Source: Candidatus Brocadiia bacterium (GTDB taxonomy: Bacteria; Planctomycetota; Brocadiia; CAIUPP01). Taken from it: a stretch of 64,000 bases of DNA. The position numbers and the translations under genes are program-made. Of this stretch, positions 1 to 11,622 are shown piece after piece (positions within the stretch are counted from its first letter, which is position 1; each line of letters starts with the position of its first letter). Under the pieces are notes generated by a model. The model was not told where the DNA came from. It made no database searches and saw nothing but the letters and a program-made list of their open reading frames with translations. The DNA is taken from contig JBEKCB010000014.1 in assembly GCA_050015075.1 (NCBI GenBank), positions 39,242 to 103,241 on the forward strand, written 5' to 3'.

Positions 1-393
1 AACGGGTCGGGTGAGGCTGCAAACGCAGCGCCTCCGCAGGCCAATATTTCGCAGGCTCCGGTGGCTTCTGCTCAGCAACCGTCGCAGGTCGGCGCATCGC
101 AGTATCCGTACCAGTACCAATATCCGTACCAATACGCCCAGCCGGCGCCTTCCTATGACTATAGCTATCCTTATTACGGCTATGGCTATAATTATGCGCC
201 GTACTATGGTTACGGCTACGGATCGCCCTATTACGGTATCGGCTTTGGGTGGTGGCCTTGGTATGGGTATTATGGCGGTTACGGCAGGTACTATGGCGGT
301 TTCCGCGGTGGCTACTACGGTGGCGGTTTCCACGGAGGCTTCAGTGGCGGTTTCCACGGAGGCGGCGGCCACGGGGGTGGCGGACACAGATAA
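1..393 (+). CDS. Tyr/Gly-rich low-complexity protein, 5' partial
   Basis: Frame is open from base 1; YGYGY/GGFHGG-rich tail; ends at TAA 391-393. Confidence 0.6.
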   Translation, partial: NGSGEAANAAPPQANISQAPVASAQQPSQVGASQYPYQYQYPYQYAQPAPSYDYSYPYYGYGYNYAPYYGYGYGSPYYGIGFGWWPWYGYYGGYGRYYGGFRGGYYGGGFHGGFSGGFHGGGGHGGGGHR

Positions 394-467
394 GTGCGGA
401 CTGCGCCAGGGGCGCGCAGAGCAGTGGGCGCACGGGCAAAGTGCGCTCTTGAAGCGTAACCGGCCGG

Positions 468-3347
468 CTACTTTCGCCCGACCGGCTCCAGGTTCTCGAT
501 TGCCGAAATCACCTTCGCCTTGAGCGCCTCCGCGTCGTAACCGGGCGGCGGCTGCGTCTGGTCCAGGCGGATTCCCGAGACGGCATTCTCCAGCAGCGCC
601 GTGGCGGCATCGGCGGCGGGTAAATTCCCGCCGGCGCGGCGCGCTTCCCCGATCCGGCTCCAGAGCGTCTGATAGAGATAGAAGTCCTCCGCGCCCTGGC
701 GGCAGCGCTCGAACTCGATGGTCGGATAGATCGCCTTGCGGCCGTAGCAGATCATGGCCGTGTCCGGCTCGCGGCCGTCGAGGTCGAAGAACTGGTAGCC
801 GTGCAGGATGTTCAAGTGCCACTGCCAGCGCGCGCGGACGCCCTTGCGGTACTCGCTCCATTGATACAAGCCGAACGAGTAGCGCGACGTGCCCTGGTTG
901 TAGATCTGCACTTCCTTTCCCAGACGCTGCGCTTCGGCCATCACCGTCTCGTCATGCTCGTTGAGGCTGCTGATATCGAGCGCCTCGAAGAACCGCTGGT
1001 GCCAGTGGAGCAGATCGCTCGGATCGTCCGGGCGCTGCCTGAATGAGACGCTGTAGCTGCCGCTGGTGCGGACGGTCGCGGGGAAGGCGGCGCTGACTTT
1101 GGCCATCATCCGCATGAAATCGAGCTCGCGTTCGGCCACGTCGCGGACTCGCGTCTCGTCGCACATCGCGTAGAGGATCGTGGGCCATTGCGCCGCGCGG
1201 GCATGCGCGTCCACGGCGCGCCAGGCGCGCATCAGCGCCTCGGGATACGCCAGGCCGCTCTCCTTCTCGACCTTGGCGCCGGCCGCGCCTTTTTCGTAGC
1301 CCTCGTGCAAGTCCAGGAACCGCGCGCCGCCGTAGCCGTTGAGCGGCTTGTCAAAGCCGTACTTGCGCAGGAGCGCAAAGAAGCGGTCCATCTCGCCGAA
1401 GTCAATCACCGGCTCGTCGCCGCTCCAGCCCTTGAGCCGCCAGTCGGGGCCGCCGGAGACCGCGTTCATGCCGTGGTCGCGCAGCATCGCGAGCGTCTCT
1501 TCCAGCACGTCCCACCTGCGCTCCTCGGGAATCAGCTCCGGCGGCGTGAGGCCGAAGAAGCCCATGAGAAAATCGGTCCGGCGGTCGAGCGTGACGGGGC
1601 GCACGTCGAGCCTCAACGGCGCCCGCAGCAGCGCGTTCCCTTGCGCGTCCTTGAGCACCAGCGCGCCGGAGTACACGCCGGCGGGCGCGTCTTCGGGGAC
1701 GCGGACGGTGGCGATCAGCTCGCGCGTGACGTCCTTCGGCAGCGCCACTGCATCCTGGATACGCAGCGTGTGCGGCTTCACGCGATACGCGATGTTTCCG
1801 AATCCGCGGCTGGTGTTATACCAGACGACCTGGACCTGAGCGGGCAGCGCCGCCGGGCCTGTCAGCGGCTCCAGTTCCAGCCGGCATTCGCCCAGGTCGC
1901 GAAGCGGGCGGAGCGCCAGGCAGAACGACTCGTGCTCGCCGCGCGCGGCAAGGCGCGTCAGCGCGATATCGCCCGGACTCTTCGGCGCCGGCGCGGGCTT
2001 GCCCGCCGAAACCTCGGCGAAGACGGGCGTGGAGTTCGGCGTTACCTCATCTTCGATCAGCACCGGCCACGCCACGAGGCCCAGCTTCGCCCAGTCCGGC
2101 GGGACATCGAAGGCGGCCGCGGGCCGGTCGAGGCAGACGGCCATGCTGCGGAATTCGCGGGCAAGCTCGTCGAGCTGCTCGCGCAGCCACTGCTCGGACT
2201 TCGCGTCGTCCGCGGCGTGGAGCGCCAGCGCTGAGACCTTGCTGCCCCAGACGCGGTCGGCCTCGAAGCGGAACGTGATCCCGTCCGCGGCGGCTTCCGC
2301 CTCGAAGAGCGCCGGCCGGGCGAGTTCCGCGGCCATGTACATGTCCCAGATGTCCGCGCCGACCGGCTCCACCTCCTCGAAACGGTAGAGCGCGTGCGCG
2401 GGGCCGTCGGGGCGTTTCTCGCTCCACGCCTCGCGGCCGTTGGCGAGGATTCGGCGCTCGCGGTGCTGCGCCTGCTCGCCGGACCAGTAGCCTGAGTTTT
2501 CGTAGATGACCATCACGCGGTAGCGGCCGGGCGGAACGTCCACGTGGAAATTATAGCCGCCCGCCTCGCAGAAATTGCGGATGAGCGCCGGGCCGAATGT
2601 CGTGTCGCGCGCCGCGCCGTCCCACGGCGTGCCGCCGGCCGGTCCCCAGCCGAAGCCGCGTTCCTTGGAGTAGCGCGTCTCGTTCGAGACCGGCGTCCAG
2701 CCGGGCATCACGCTCTGGTCGGGCGGGCCGAAATCGAAAGCCCAGATGCCGGCGGGCCGGCTGACCTTCACCAGGCGCAAGCTCTCGAGCACGATGCGCC
2801 CGGTTGCGCCCTTCGCCCCGAACCCGAAGTCCACCCGGACGATACTGTTGACGTCGATGTTCCGCTTGATATCGTTGTTGCGGCTGCCGGCCTCGCCGCG
2901 ATAGAGGCCGCCGACGGAGATCACCCAGCGCGTGCGGCCCGGCGCGAGCATCGTGGTCGCGTTGTGGCGGTTCCAGTACGTGCCGCCCCGGTCCGCCCAC
3001 GCCCGGTCGGCCACGAGGAAGGATCCCTCGACCGGCTCGGAGGCGGGATTGAATACGTCGAGGATCAGCGCGTCGTAGCCGGACCAATCGCCGCGTACGC
3101 GCCGCCAGCTCATGTACGCCGCTTGATACGGCCCGGCGGGATCGAACGCGATCTCCAACGCCTTCCGGCCGGGGATCGCAGGTTCCTGGACCAGCCGCGG
3201 CGTGCCGGCGTTGAAGTCCCACGCTTTCAGCGCCGCGTCGTCCTGGAAATCGCACAGCACTAACGATTCGTCCGCGCGCGCGAGCGCGGCCAGGAGCAGC
3301 GCTGCGGCTATCGCGAGCCCGTGGCCGATGTAACGATGGCTCTTCAT
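468..3347 (-). CDS. Secreted multidomain glycoside hydrolase-like protein (CBM-like domain, FDFG lectin-like domain, TIM-barrel)
   Basis: ATG 3347 (MKSHRYIG) followed by a signal peptide; WAFDFGP..GW..V..Y...GFGW motif; C-terminal DE-containing barrel resembling DUF4091/GH123-type proteins. Confidence 0.6.
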   Translation of the reverse strand: MKSHRYIGHGLAIAAALLLAALARADESLVLCDFQDDAALKAWDFNAGTPRLVQEPAIPGRKALEIAFDPAGPYQAAYMSWRRVRGDWSGYDALILDVFNPASEPVEGSFLVADRAWADRGGTYWNRHNATTMLAPGRTRWVISVGGLYRGEAGSRNNDIKRNIDVNSIVRVDFGFGAKGATGRIVLESLRLVKVSRPAGIWAFDFGPPDQSVMPGWTPVSNETRYSKERGFGWGPAGGTPWDGAARDTTFGPALIRNFCEAGGYNFHVDVPPGRYRVMVIYENSGYWSGEQAQHRERRILANGREAWSEKRPDGPAHALYRFEEVEPVGADIWDMYMAAELARPALFEAEAAADGITFRFEADRVWGSKVSALALHAADDAKSEQWLREQLDELAREFRSMAVCLDRPAAAFDVPPDWAKLGLVAWPVLIEDEVTPNSTPVFAEVSAGKPAPAPKSPGDIALTRLAARGEHESFCLALRPLRDLGECRLELEPLTGPAALPAQVQVVWYNTSRGFGNIAYRVKPHTLRIQDAVALPKDVTRELIATVRVPEDAPAGVYSGALVLKDAQGNALLRAPLRLDVRPVTLDRRTDFLMGFFGLTPPELIPEERRWDVLEETLAMLRDHGMNAVSGGPDWRLKGWSGDEPVIDFGEMDRFFALLRKYGFDKPLNGYGGARFLDLHEGYEKGAAGAKVEKESGLAYPEALMRAWRAVDAHARAAQWPTILYAMCDETRVRDVAERELDFMRMMAKVSAAFPATVRTSGSYSVSFRQRPDDPSDLLHWHQRFFEALDISSLNEHDETVMAEAQRLGKEVQIYNQGTSRYSFGLYQWSEYRKGVRARWQWHLNILHGYQFFDLDGREPDTAMICYGRKAIYPTIEFERCRQGAEDFYLYQTLWSRIGEARRAGGNLPAADAATALLENAVSGIRLDQTQPPPGYDAEALKAKVISAIENLEPVGRK

Positions 3348-3357
3348 GCACACCTGC

Positions 3358-4349
<992 letters not shown>

Positions 4350-4350
<1 letters not shown>

Positions 4351-5099
4351 CAGCGCACGGCTCCTCTCTGGCGCGCAGGTTTCGGCGCCGGGTAGCGGTA
4401 TTCGGCCATCGCCGGCGCGAAGAAATCGAAGTAGTTCACGCCCTTGTCCTGCTTCCACCGCCCGACCGCGTCGCGCCGGACGATGATCCTGGCCAGGTCA
4501 ATGCCCAGGAATTCCTCCAAGCGGGAAAGCATCCTCTTCTGGCGGAGGACGAAGTCCTCGAAACGCACCTCGATCCAGTTCGCGGGCCTCGGCGTGGCCT
4601 TGACGATGTCGTACTGGTACTTCCACGAGATGGCGCGCCGGAGCCTGAGATCGTCCGTCTTCGGATACCGGATGCCGAAGTCGGCCAGGTCATCGGTCAC
4701 GTGCCCGCCGATGATGCAGTCGCGCGGATCGCGGATCCAGAAGATGTACTTGATCTCCGGGAACATCCGCGCGATCCACGGATACGCCAGCACCGTCTCA
4801 GGGAGCTTCCACCCGCGCGCCGCGGACTTGTCGTCCAGGACCGGCTTCAGATACGAGCGGATCAGCGCCTGGAAGTTTTTGGGGATCGGCATCGTGTGCA
4901 ACGTGCTGAAATCCCATTCCAGCCCGCCTTTCCACACCACGTGCCGGGCCATGATGCGGCACGCTTGGTACATATCCTCTGGCGGCAGCATGTCGCCGGA
5001 GTCGTTGATCATGTCGCCCATGAAGACGCCGCTGGCGTAGAGCGTATGGGAAATCGCCCGGGTTCCCGAATGTCCGCGGCCGATGATCGTGATCAACAT
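4350..5099 (-). CDS. Sulfotransferase family protein
   Basis: IIGRGHSGTR 5'-PSB-like loop, WKLP, IRDPRD 3'-PB motif, VRFEDFV. Confidence 0.8.
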
Positions 5100-5109
5100 A
5101 ATCGGCTGT

Positions 5110-6531
5110 CTAAAGCTGTTTCGCGCCGCGCTGAGTCAGGAGTTCCCTCTGCTGGACTTGCTTGGCGGCGTTGGGCGATCCGATGTGCAGAGTGTTGTAG
5201 GCCTGCCGGGAGGTCTTGAACGTCCCGGCGCCCTTCTTGTGCCAGTCCGTGTGCCAGTTCAGGTTCGTGTAGATGGGGTTCGTGCGCCCGGTTTCCTTCT
5301 CGCGGCGGGCGATGTGCGCCTTCATTCGCTCTTCGAGCATCTTCACGACGGCCGGCTCGGACTTGGCCACGTTCCGGTTCTCCTGCGGATCGGTGATCAG
5401 GTTGTACAGTTCCACCTCGGGCTTGAAGTGGAAGTCCGGCTCGAGCGCGTGGATCAGCTTCCACTCCGGCGTGCGCCAGCCGTGCTTGCGCATCCAGGTG
5501 CACTCGGTGATGTAGAACTCCGGCTCCGGCGTGCGCTCGTGGCCCTCCATCAGCGGGACCAGGCTGCGGCCGTCGAACTTGATCCGCGTCTGGATGCCCA
5601 TGAGATCGAGGATCGTCGGCGTGACGTCCTTCATCTGGCAGCAGTCGCCGAACCGCCGGCCCGCCGGGACCTTGCCGGGCAGGACGAATGCCAGCGGGAT
5701 GTGCAGCGTGACGTCGTAGAGGCCGTGGTGGTCGAAAAAGCACTCGTGGTCGTACAGCGTCTCGCCGTGGTCGGCGTCTATCACCACCAGCGTGTCCTCT
5801 TCCAGCCCCAGCGTCTTCAAGCTGGTGAAAATTTGGGCGATGCACGCGTCCATGTACGCCAGCGCTCCGTCGTACTGCGCGATGACGTATTCCTTGTCCG
5901 TGCAGCCCGGCGGGAACCAACTGGCGTGGAAGTCGCAGAACGGCTTGAACTTCATGACCGGGTCGAGCGAGTGGTTCCGCTTGTCGAATTCGTCGCCTTG
6001 ATAGAACATCCGGTCGAACGGCTGCGGCGGCAGGTACGGCGCATGCGGGTCCATGTGGCGCAGGAAGAGGAAGAACGGCTTCTTGCCCGCGGCCAGGCGC
6101 TTCAGCTCCGGGAGCGCCGCCGCGTTCAAATTCTCCGCCTTGTGGCTGCGCCCCTGTTGCCACGAGCCCCAGCCTTCGAAGTCGAGATACTTCTGGAATC
6201 CGCGCGACGCCACGTTGCCGCTGAAGCCGACGCACGACGTCGCATAGCCTTCCTTGCCCAGGATTTCCGCCATCGTTTGCAGTTTCTTCAACAGCCCGCC
6301 CTGGTGCCGCAGCGCCACCACGTCCATGCCGAAGGTGTCCAGGCCGGTGAACATGGAGGTATAGCCCGGCGTCGTCGGGATGTGCGGGCTGAAGACGTTC
6401 TCGAAGACCGCGCCGCCCGACATGAACTTGTCCATGTGCGGCGTCGTCAGGCGGGGATAACCGTATGTGCTCATGTGGTCGGCGCGGATGCTGTCGATCC
6501 CGATCAGGAGCAGGTTCGTCTTGCGTGCCAT
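5110..6531 (-). CDS. Sulfatase-like / alkaline phosphatase superfamily hydrolase
   Basis: NLLLIGIDSIRADH, MDPHAPY, DADHGE, ELYNL..DPQE motifs; active-site segment PTTPGYTSMFTG. Confidence 0.85.
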   Translation of the reverse strand: MARKTNLLLIGIDSIRADHMSTYGYPRLTTPHMDKFMSGGAVFENVFSPHIPTTPGYTSMFTGLDTFGMDVVALRHQGGLLKKLQTMAEILGKEGYATSCVGFSGNVASRGFQKYLDFEGWGSWQQGRSHKAENLNAAALPELKRLAAGKKPFFLFLRHMDPHAPYLPPQPFDRMFYQGDEFDKRNHSLDPVMKFKPFCDFHASWFPPGCTDKEYVIAQYDGALAYMDACIAQIFTSLKTLGLEEDTLVVIDADHGETLYDHECFFDHHGLYDVTLHIPLAFVLPGKVPAGRRFGDCCQMKDVTPTILDLMGIQTRIKFDGRSLVPLMEGHERTPEPEFYITECTWMRKHGWRTPEWKLIHALEPDFHFKPEVELYNLITDPQENRNVAKSEPAVVKMLEERMKAHIARREKETGRTNPIYTNLNWHTDWHKKGAGTFKTSRQAYNTLHIGSPNAAKQVQQRELLTQRGAKQL

Positions 6532-6552
6532 GTGGGTCGCTCTCCTTGTCCT

Positions 6553-7602
6553 TTAATCCGGCGTTATCGTCACTCGCGTCCCCGAGGCCGCGGATTCGTA
6601 ACAGGCCAGCACCATGCGCAGCACGTCGCGCCCTTCCGCCGCCGTGGCGATCGGCGGGCGCCGGCCGGACAGGAACTCCGCCAGCGGGCCGGCCAGTCCG
6701 GCGATCCGTTCGCCCTGCCCGTTAATATCCGGGATATCGCTCACCGTCCATCCGGCGTCGTCGTCCAGCCGCCACTTCAATTGGATTCCGCCCGCCGGTC
6801 GCGGCGGCGCAACGCTCACCAGGTCGCCGTAATTGCCGATGATCGTCCCGTTCTGGCAGACCACCTCGAGCGTGTTCTCGCCCGCCACCGCCGCAAAGCT
6901 GCACGAAACTTCCGCAAAACGGCCGTCGGCGTACCGGAACACGGCGATGGCGTTGTCGTTGGGGATGCGCGGATTGAGGAGCGTTCCCATCTCCGCCATG
7001 ACCGTCCGAGGCATGCCCGTCAGCCAGTAGATGAAGTCCATCGCGTGCGCCGCGTCATCGGCGAAGATGTCGCGGTTGAACTCCGGCCGGACGTGCCAGG
7101 TGCGGTCGAAGTCCTTCCACCGTTGCGTGTTCAGGCAATGCCGCCGCCGCACCATGTAGACCTTGCCGAACCGGCCCTCGGCCAGCAGCCGCTTCACCTT
7201 CACGTTGTGCGGGTCCACGCGCATCTGCCAGGCCAGCGTAAAGGGGACCTTGCTCCGGCCCACCGCCGCAAGGATGCGGTCCGCTTCGGCCAGCGTCAGC
7301 GATAGCGGCTTCTGCAGCGCAATCGGCTTGCCCGCCGCCGCGGCCTTCTCCACCAGTTCCGCGTGCAGCGACGTCTCCGCGGCGATCACGACCGCATCCA
7401 CGTCCTTGCGGGAGAGCAACTCCTCGGCCGTCGCCGCGCGCGCAACCTGATGGCGCTCGCATTCCTTCGCCGCGCGCCCGGCGTCGTGGTCCCAGCCGGC
7501 GACGACCTGCGCTCCGAGCTGCGGCTGCTGGCGCCATCTCTCGCAGTACATGCCCACGTGGCCGTGGGCGAATCCCAGGATGCCGAGGCGAACCGTTCCC
7601 AT
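6553..7602 (-). CDS. Gfo/Idh/MocA family oxidoreductase
   Basis: LGILGFAHGH N-terminus, QKP motif, DDAAH. Confidence 0.85.
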   Translation of the reverse strand: MGTVRLGILGFAHGHVGMYCERWRQQPQLGAQVVAGWDHDAGRAAKECERHQVARAATAEELLSRKDVDAVVIAAETSLHAELVEKAAAAGKPIALQKPLSLTLAEADRILAAVGRSKVPFTLAWQMRVDPHNVKVKRLLAEGRFGKVYMVRRRHCLNTQRWKDFDRTWHVRPEFNRDIFADDAAHAMDFIYWLTGMPRTVMAEMGTLLNPRIPNDNAIAVFRYADGRFAEVSCSFAAVAGENTLEVVCQNGTIIGNYGDLVSVAPPRPAGGIQLKWRLDDDAGWTVSDIPDINGQGERIAGLAGPLAEFLSGRRPPIATAAEGRDVLRMVLACYESAASGTRVTITPD

Positions 7603-7608
7603 ATCCAG

Positions 7609-8427
7609 TTACCTCGCGCCCAGCGCCTTGAGGCAGGCGTTCATGTATCCGTAGCTCTCCGCGGCGATGATGTCCCGGCGCGGCAGCTCGTACTTGGCCG
7701 CACCGATGACCTCCAGGCACACCGGCCCGTCGTACCGGCCCGAGACCATCGCCTTGAAATACCCGCGCAGGTCAATGTCGCCGCGTCCGCAGGCCTGGTC
7801 GCACGGCTCGCCGGGGCCGGGCCCCATCCCCTTGCAGTCGCGGATGTGAATGTGCCGCATGCGCGCCAGCACCGCCGGCAGCGCCTGCGCCGGGTCCTCT
7901 TTCGCCCGGTAGATGTGGCTCGGGTCCATGTCAATCCCGAACGCGGGGGACTTGATCTTCTCCATCGCTCGCTTCGTCGTGGGCGTGTTGAAGATGGACT
8001 GGCCCACGTGCGCCTTGCAGCAGAGCGTCACGCCGTAGCGCGCGGCCTTCTCGGCCCTCTGGGCGAGCACGTCAATCTGGCGCGCGAGGTCCTCCTCGAC
8101 GCCGGACTTGCCGCCGGGCCCGACATTGATCACCGGCACGCCGATCCCCTGGCCCGCCTCGAACGCCTTCGTCAGCCGGTCCTCATCCAGCGAGGCCACC
8201 TCCATGCTCAGCAATGCCAGCTTGTGCTCCGCCGCCAGGCCCTGGATCGCCGCCTTCTGCGACCGCCAGTTGTCCAGCTCCAAGTGCTCGCACAGGCCCT
8301 TGATGGCCGAGAGCTCGATCCCGTCGTAGCCGGCCCACGCGATATGCTGAAACGCCGTCGCCAGGTCGTGCCCGCCGTACAATACCGAATTCACGCCAAG
8401 TTTGATCATCGCCGGTCCCTTCATCAA
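7609..8427 (-). CDS. Sugar phosphate isomerase/epimerase (AP-endonuclease-2 TIM barrel)
   Basis: GYDGIEL, DMDPSH, HIHIRD, GDID, CLEV motifs; start may be ATG 8409. Confidence 0.85.
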   Translation of the reverse strand: MMKGPAMIKLGVNSVLYGGHDLATAFQHIAWAGYDGIELSAIKGLCEHLELDNWRSQKAAIQGLAAEHKLALLSMEVASLDEDRLTKAFEAGQGIGVPVINVGPGGKSGVEEDLARQIDVLAQRAEKAARYGVTLCCKAHVGQSIFNTPTTKRAMEKIKSPAFGIDMDPSHIYRAKEDPAQALPAVLARMRHIHIRDCKGMGPGPGEPCDQACGRGDIDLRGYFKAMVSGRYDGPVCLEVIGAAKYELPRRDIIAAESYGYMNACLKALGAR

Positions 8428-9590
8428 ATCTTCTCAACCGTGGGGTCGCCGTGAATGGGCGGCAGCGGCTTGGGCCGCACGAGCGCGCCGCCGTTCTCGT
8501 AGGACTCGATCACCGCCCAAATGTACTCCAGCGTCGCCAGCGCGTCGCGGCCGGACGCCCGCAGGGCTTCGCGCGGCGTCTCGTTGGTCAGGTCCTCCAG
8601 GAACGCGTGGATCCGGCGCGGGAACGTCGCGCCGAAGTCCTTGATGCCCGTGTCCATGACTTCCGGCGTCGGGCCTTGTCCCAGGGGGAACGACTGGCCG
8701 GGTTTCGGCGCGGGCCAGTACGTCAGCTTCTCCACGCAGTTCTCGATGCAGAACGTGCCCTTGCTCCCGGCCACCTCGCAGCTCCACCAGCCGCCCAGGC
8801 CCCAGGTCGCATCGCCGCGCTGGCTCAGCAGGTAGCCCACCGTCCCGTTGGCGAAGGCGACGTGCACGCTGTTCACCGACACCAGCAGGTCGCCCTTGCT
8901 CTTGCGGAAGCCCGGCTTCGTGCTGAACGACTGCACGTGCGTGATGTCGCCGCAGAAGTGCCGCATCACGCTGAAGGGGTGCGTCAGGAACGCCTTCATG
9001 TGCGCGTACGGCTGGTTGAAGCGCGGCGTGTCCTTGAAAGAGTACGTCTCCTCGCCGCCGTGGAAACCCATCTTGAACAGCAGGTAGATCGTCTCGCCGA
9101 TCTTGCCCTCGCGCATGTACTTCTTCGCGCAGTCGGCCGTCTCGGTGAAATAGTGGTTCAAGTTGCAACCGAGGTAGAGCTTCTTCTCCGCGGCGTAGCG
9201 GACCATCTCGCGCGCCTCGCCGATGTCGTTCGACAGGGGCTTTTCGCAGAGCACGTGCTTGCCCGCGGCGAGCGCCTGCATCGCCGGCTCGAAATGCCAG
9301 CTCCCGTTCTCGTATCCGCCGGTCGTCACGTCTACGACGTCCAGGTCCTCGTTCGCCAGCAGGTCCTTCAGGCTGTAGTAGGCCTTCACTCCATTCGCCG
9401 CGGCCGCCGCGTCGGCCCGTTCCTTCACCACGTCGCACACCGCCACCAGCTTCGCGAGTGGGTCCTGCTTGTAGCTCGCCGCGTGCGTCTTGCCGATGCC
9501 GCTCATGCCGACCAGGCCTACGCGGATCGGGCCTTTCGCTTTCTTTTGATCCTTGCGAACCGGGGTTTTCGCTTTCCGCTGATCCTTCAC
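8424..9590 (-). CDS. Gfo/Idh/MocA family oxidoreductase
   Basis: VGLVGMSGIG, HVLCEKP; paralog of 3358-4350 (both have TGGYE.GS.HF.P.MQAL). Confidence 0.9.
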   Translation of the reverse strand: MKDQRKAKTPVRKDQKKAKGPIRVGLVGMSGIGKTHAASYKQDPLAKLVAVCDVVKERADAAAAANGVKAYYSLKDLLANEDLDVVDVTTGGYENGSWHFEPAMQALAAGKHVLCEKPLSNDIGEAREMVRYAAEKKLYLGCNLNHYFTETADCAKKYMREGKIGETIYLLFKMGFHGGEETYSFKDTPRFNQPYAHMKAFLTHPFSVMRHFCGDITHVQSFSTKPGFRKSKGDLLVSVNSVHVAFANGTVGYLLSQRGDATWGLGGWWSCEVAGSKGTFCIENCVEKLTYWPAPKPGQSFPLGQGPTPEVMDTGIKDFGATFPRRIHAFLEDLTNETPREALRASGRDALATLEYIWAVIESYENGGALVRPKPLPPIHGDPTVEKI

Positions 9591-9719
9591 GGGATTTCCC
9601 TCCTGGGTTGAAAAAATCGGCCGTCGAGCGCGTTACTATACTCCTGTGCGGTGCGGAACGTCAACAGCTCCGGCCCTGCAATCAGGCGGAGCGCATCGAG
9701 GATAATCCGCTCCCGTCGG

Positions 9720-11621
9720 TCAGCAAATTCCGCGCTCGGCCAGTTGCGCGCGGAGGTGATCCACGCAGACGTCAAAAGACCACTGGCTGGTGGGCAGATG
9801 GATATCGGGGGCGGCGGGCGCTTCGTAGGATGCGGAGAGGCCGGTGAAGTCGGCGATCTCGCCGGCGCGCGCCTTGCGATAGAGGCCCTTCGGGTCGCGC
9901 TCTTCGCAGACGGCGATCGGCGCGTCAACGAAGACCTCGATGAACCGCTCCGCGCCGATGATGCGCCGCGCGTCCTCGCGGTTGCGCTCGTACGGCGAGA
10001 TGAAGGAGGTGATGACGATGACGCCGGCGTCGTTGAACAGGCGCGCCACTTCCGCGACGCGCCGCAGGTTTTCGGCGCGGTCCTCCGGCGCGAAGCCGAG
10101 GTCGCGGTTCAGCCCATGGCGAACGTTGTCGCCGTCAATGACATAGCACAGGCGGCCGTCGTCGAAGAGGCGCTTTTCCAGGGCGTACGCCAGCGAGGAC
10201 TTGCCCGATCCGCTCAGGCCGGTCATCCACAGCGTCACCGCCTTCTGGCCGAGCAGGCGCGCGCGGTCGGCGGTGGCGACCTGCCCGTTGTGCGCGACGA
10301 TGTTCCGGCTGACGGGCGCACGTTCTTCCGCGCCGGCGGTCGCGCTCCGGTGCAGCGCGCGCTCGATGATCATCCCCGCTCCGACGGTCCCGTTGGTCTG
10401 CGGATCAATGAGAATGAACCCGCCGGTGCGGCGGTTGCGGGCGTATTCGTCGTACATCAGCGGCTGATGAGTCTCGATCTCGACGCGGCCGATTTCGTTC
10501 AGACCCAGATCCGGCGCCACCTGCCGGTGCAGGTCGTTCGGGTCTATGCGGTAATGGAGCGAGGCGACGTGCGCGGGCAGGACGCGAGTGGTGTGCTTGA
10601 GCTGGTACGCGCGGCCGACCTGCAGCGGGCGCGTGTCCATCCAGACCAGCATCGCCTCGATGCGTTGATCCATGCGCGGCCGGTTGGCCGGGTGGACGAG
10701 CATGTCGCCGCGGCTGATGTCGCGGTCGTGTTCCAGGCAGAAAGTGACGGACATCGGCGGGAAGGCGTAAGGCAGGTCGCCGTCGCGCGTGACGATGCGC
10801 GTGATGCGGCTGTGGAGGCCGGAGGGAAGGACGGCCACCTCGTCGCCGACGCGCGCGACGCCTCCGACGATCTGGCCGGCGTAGCCGCGGAAGTTCGCGT
10901 CGGGCCGCAGGACGTACTGCACCGGGAACCGAAAGTCTATCAGGTTCTGGTCGCCGGCGATGAGCACCGTCTCCAGGTGGTTGAGCAGCGTGGTGCCGTC
11001 GTACCACGGCATGTTCGCGCTGCGCTCGACCACGTTGTCGCCGGCCAGCGCGCTCAGCGGGATGAAGACGATGTCCTTCAGCGCCAGCTTGGGCGCGAAC
11101 GCGCGGAAGTCGTCGCAGATGCGGTCGAATACGGAGCGGTCGTAGCCGACCAGGTCCATCTTGTTCACGGCCGCCACCACGTGCTGCACGCCGAGCAGCG
11201 AGGCGATGAACGCGTGGCGCTTGGACTGCTGCAGGATGCCCTTCTGCGCGTCAATCAGGATGACCGCCAGTTGCGCGGTGCTCGCGCCGGTGACCATGTT
11301 TCGCGTGTACTGCTCGTGGCCGGGCACGTCGGCGATGATGAACCGCCGCCGCGCCGTGGCGAAGCACCGGTACGCCACGTCAATGGTGATCCCCTGCTCG
11401 CGCTCGGCTTTCAGGCCGTCGGTGAAGAAGGAGAAGTCAATCTCGGTCCCCTTCTTCTCGGAGGCCTTGCGCACGGAGGAGATGTGGTCCTGGTAGAGCG
11501 ACTCGCTCTCGTAGAGCAGGCGGCCGATCAACGTGCTCTTGCCGTCGTCCACGCTGCCCACCGTGGTGAACCGGAGCAGTTCGGTCTGTTCGTATTGCCG
11601 GAGCAGGCGATCGAGGTCCAT
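9720..11621 (-). CDS. cysNC: Bifunctional sulfate adenylyltransferase subunit 1 / APS kinase
   Basis: GSVDDGKSTLIGRL, EREQGITIDVAYR, NKMD GTPase motifs; C-terminal WMTGLSGSGKS APS kinase domain. Confidence 0.95.
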   Translation of the reverse strand: MDLDRLLRQYEQTELLRFTTVGSVDDGKSTLIGRLLYESESLYQDHISSVRKASEKKGTEIDFSFFTDGLKAEREQGITIDVAYRCFATARRRFIIADVPGHEQYTRNMVTGASTAQLAVILIDAQKGILQQSKRHAFIASLLGVQHVVAAVNKMDLVGYDRSVFDRICDDFRAFAPKLALKDIVFIPLSALAGDNVVERSANMPWYDGTTLLNHLETVLIAGDQNLIDFRFPVQYVLRPDANFRGYAGQIVGGVARVGDEVAVLPSGLHSRITRIVTRDGDLPYAFPPMSVTFCLEHDRDISRGDMLVHPANRPRMDQRIEAMLVWMDTRPLQVGRAYQLKHTTRVLPAHVASLHYRIDPNDLHRQVAPDLGLNEIGRVEIETHQPLMYDEYARNRRTGGFILIDPQTNGTVGAGMIIERALHRSATAGAEERAPVSRNIVAHNGQVATADRARLLGQKAVTLWMTGLSGSGKSSLAYALEKRLFDDGRLCYVIDGDNVRHGLNRDLGFAPEDRAENLRRVAEVARLFNDAGVIVITSFISPYERNREDARRIIGAERFIEVFVDAPIAVCEERDPKGLYRKARAGEIADFTGLSASYEAPAAPDIHLPTSQWSFDVCVDHLRAQLAERGIC

Positions 11622-11622
11622 G

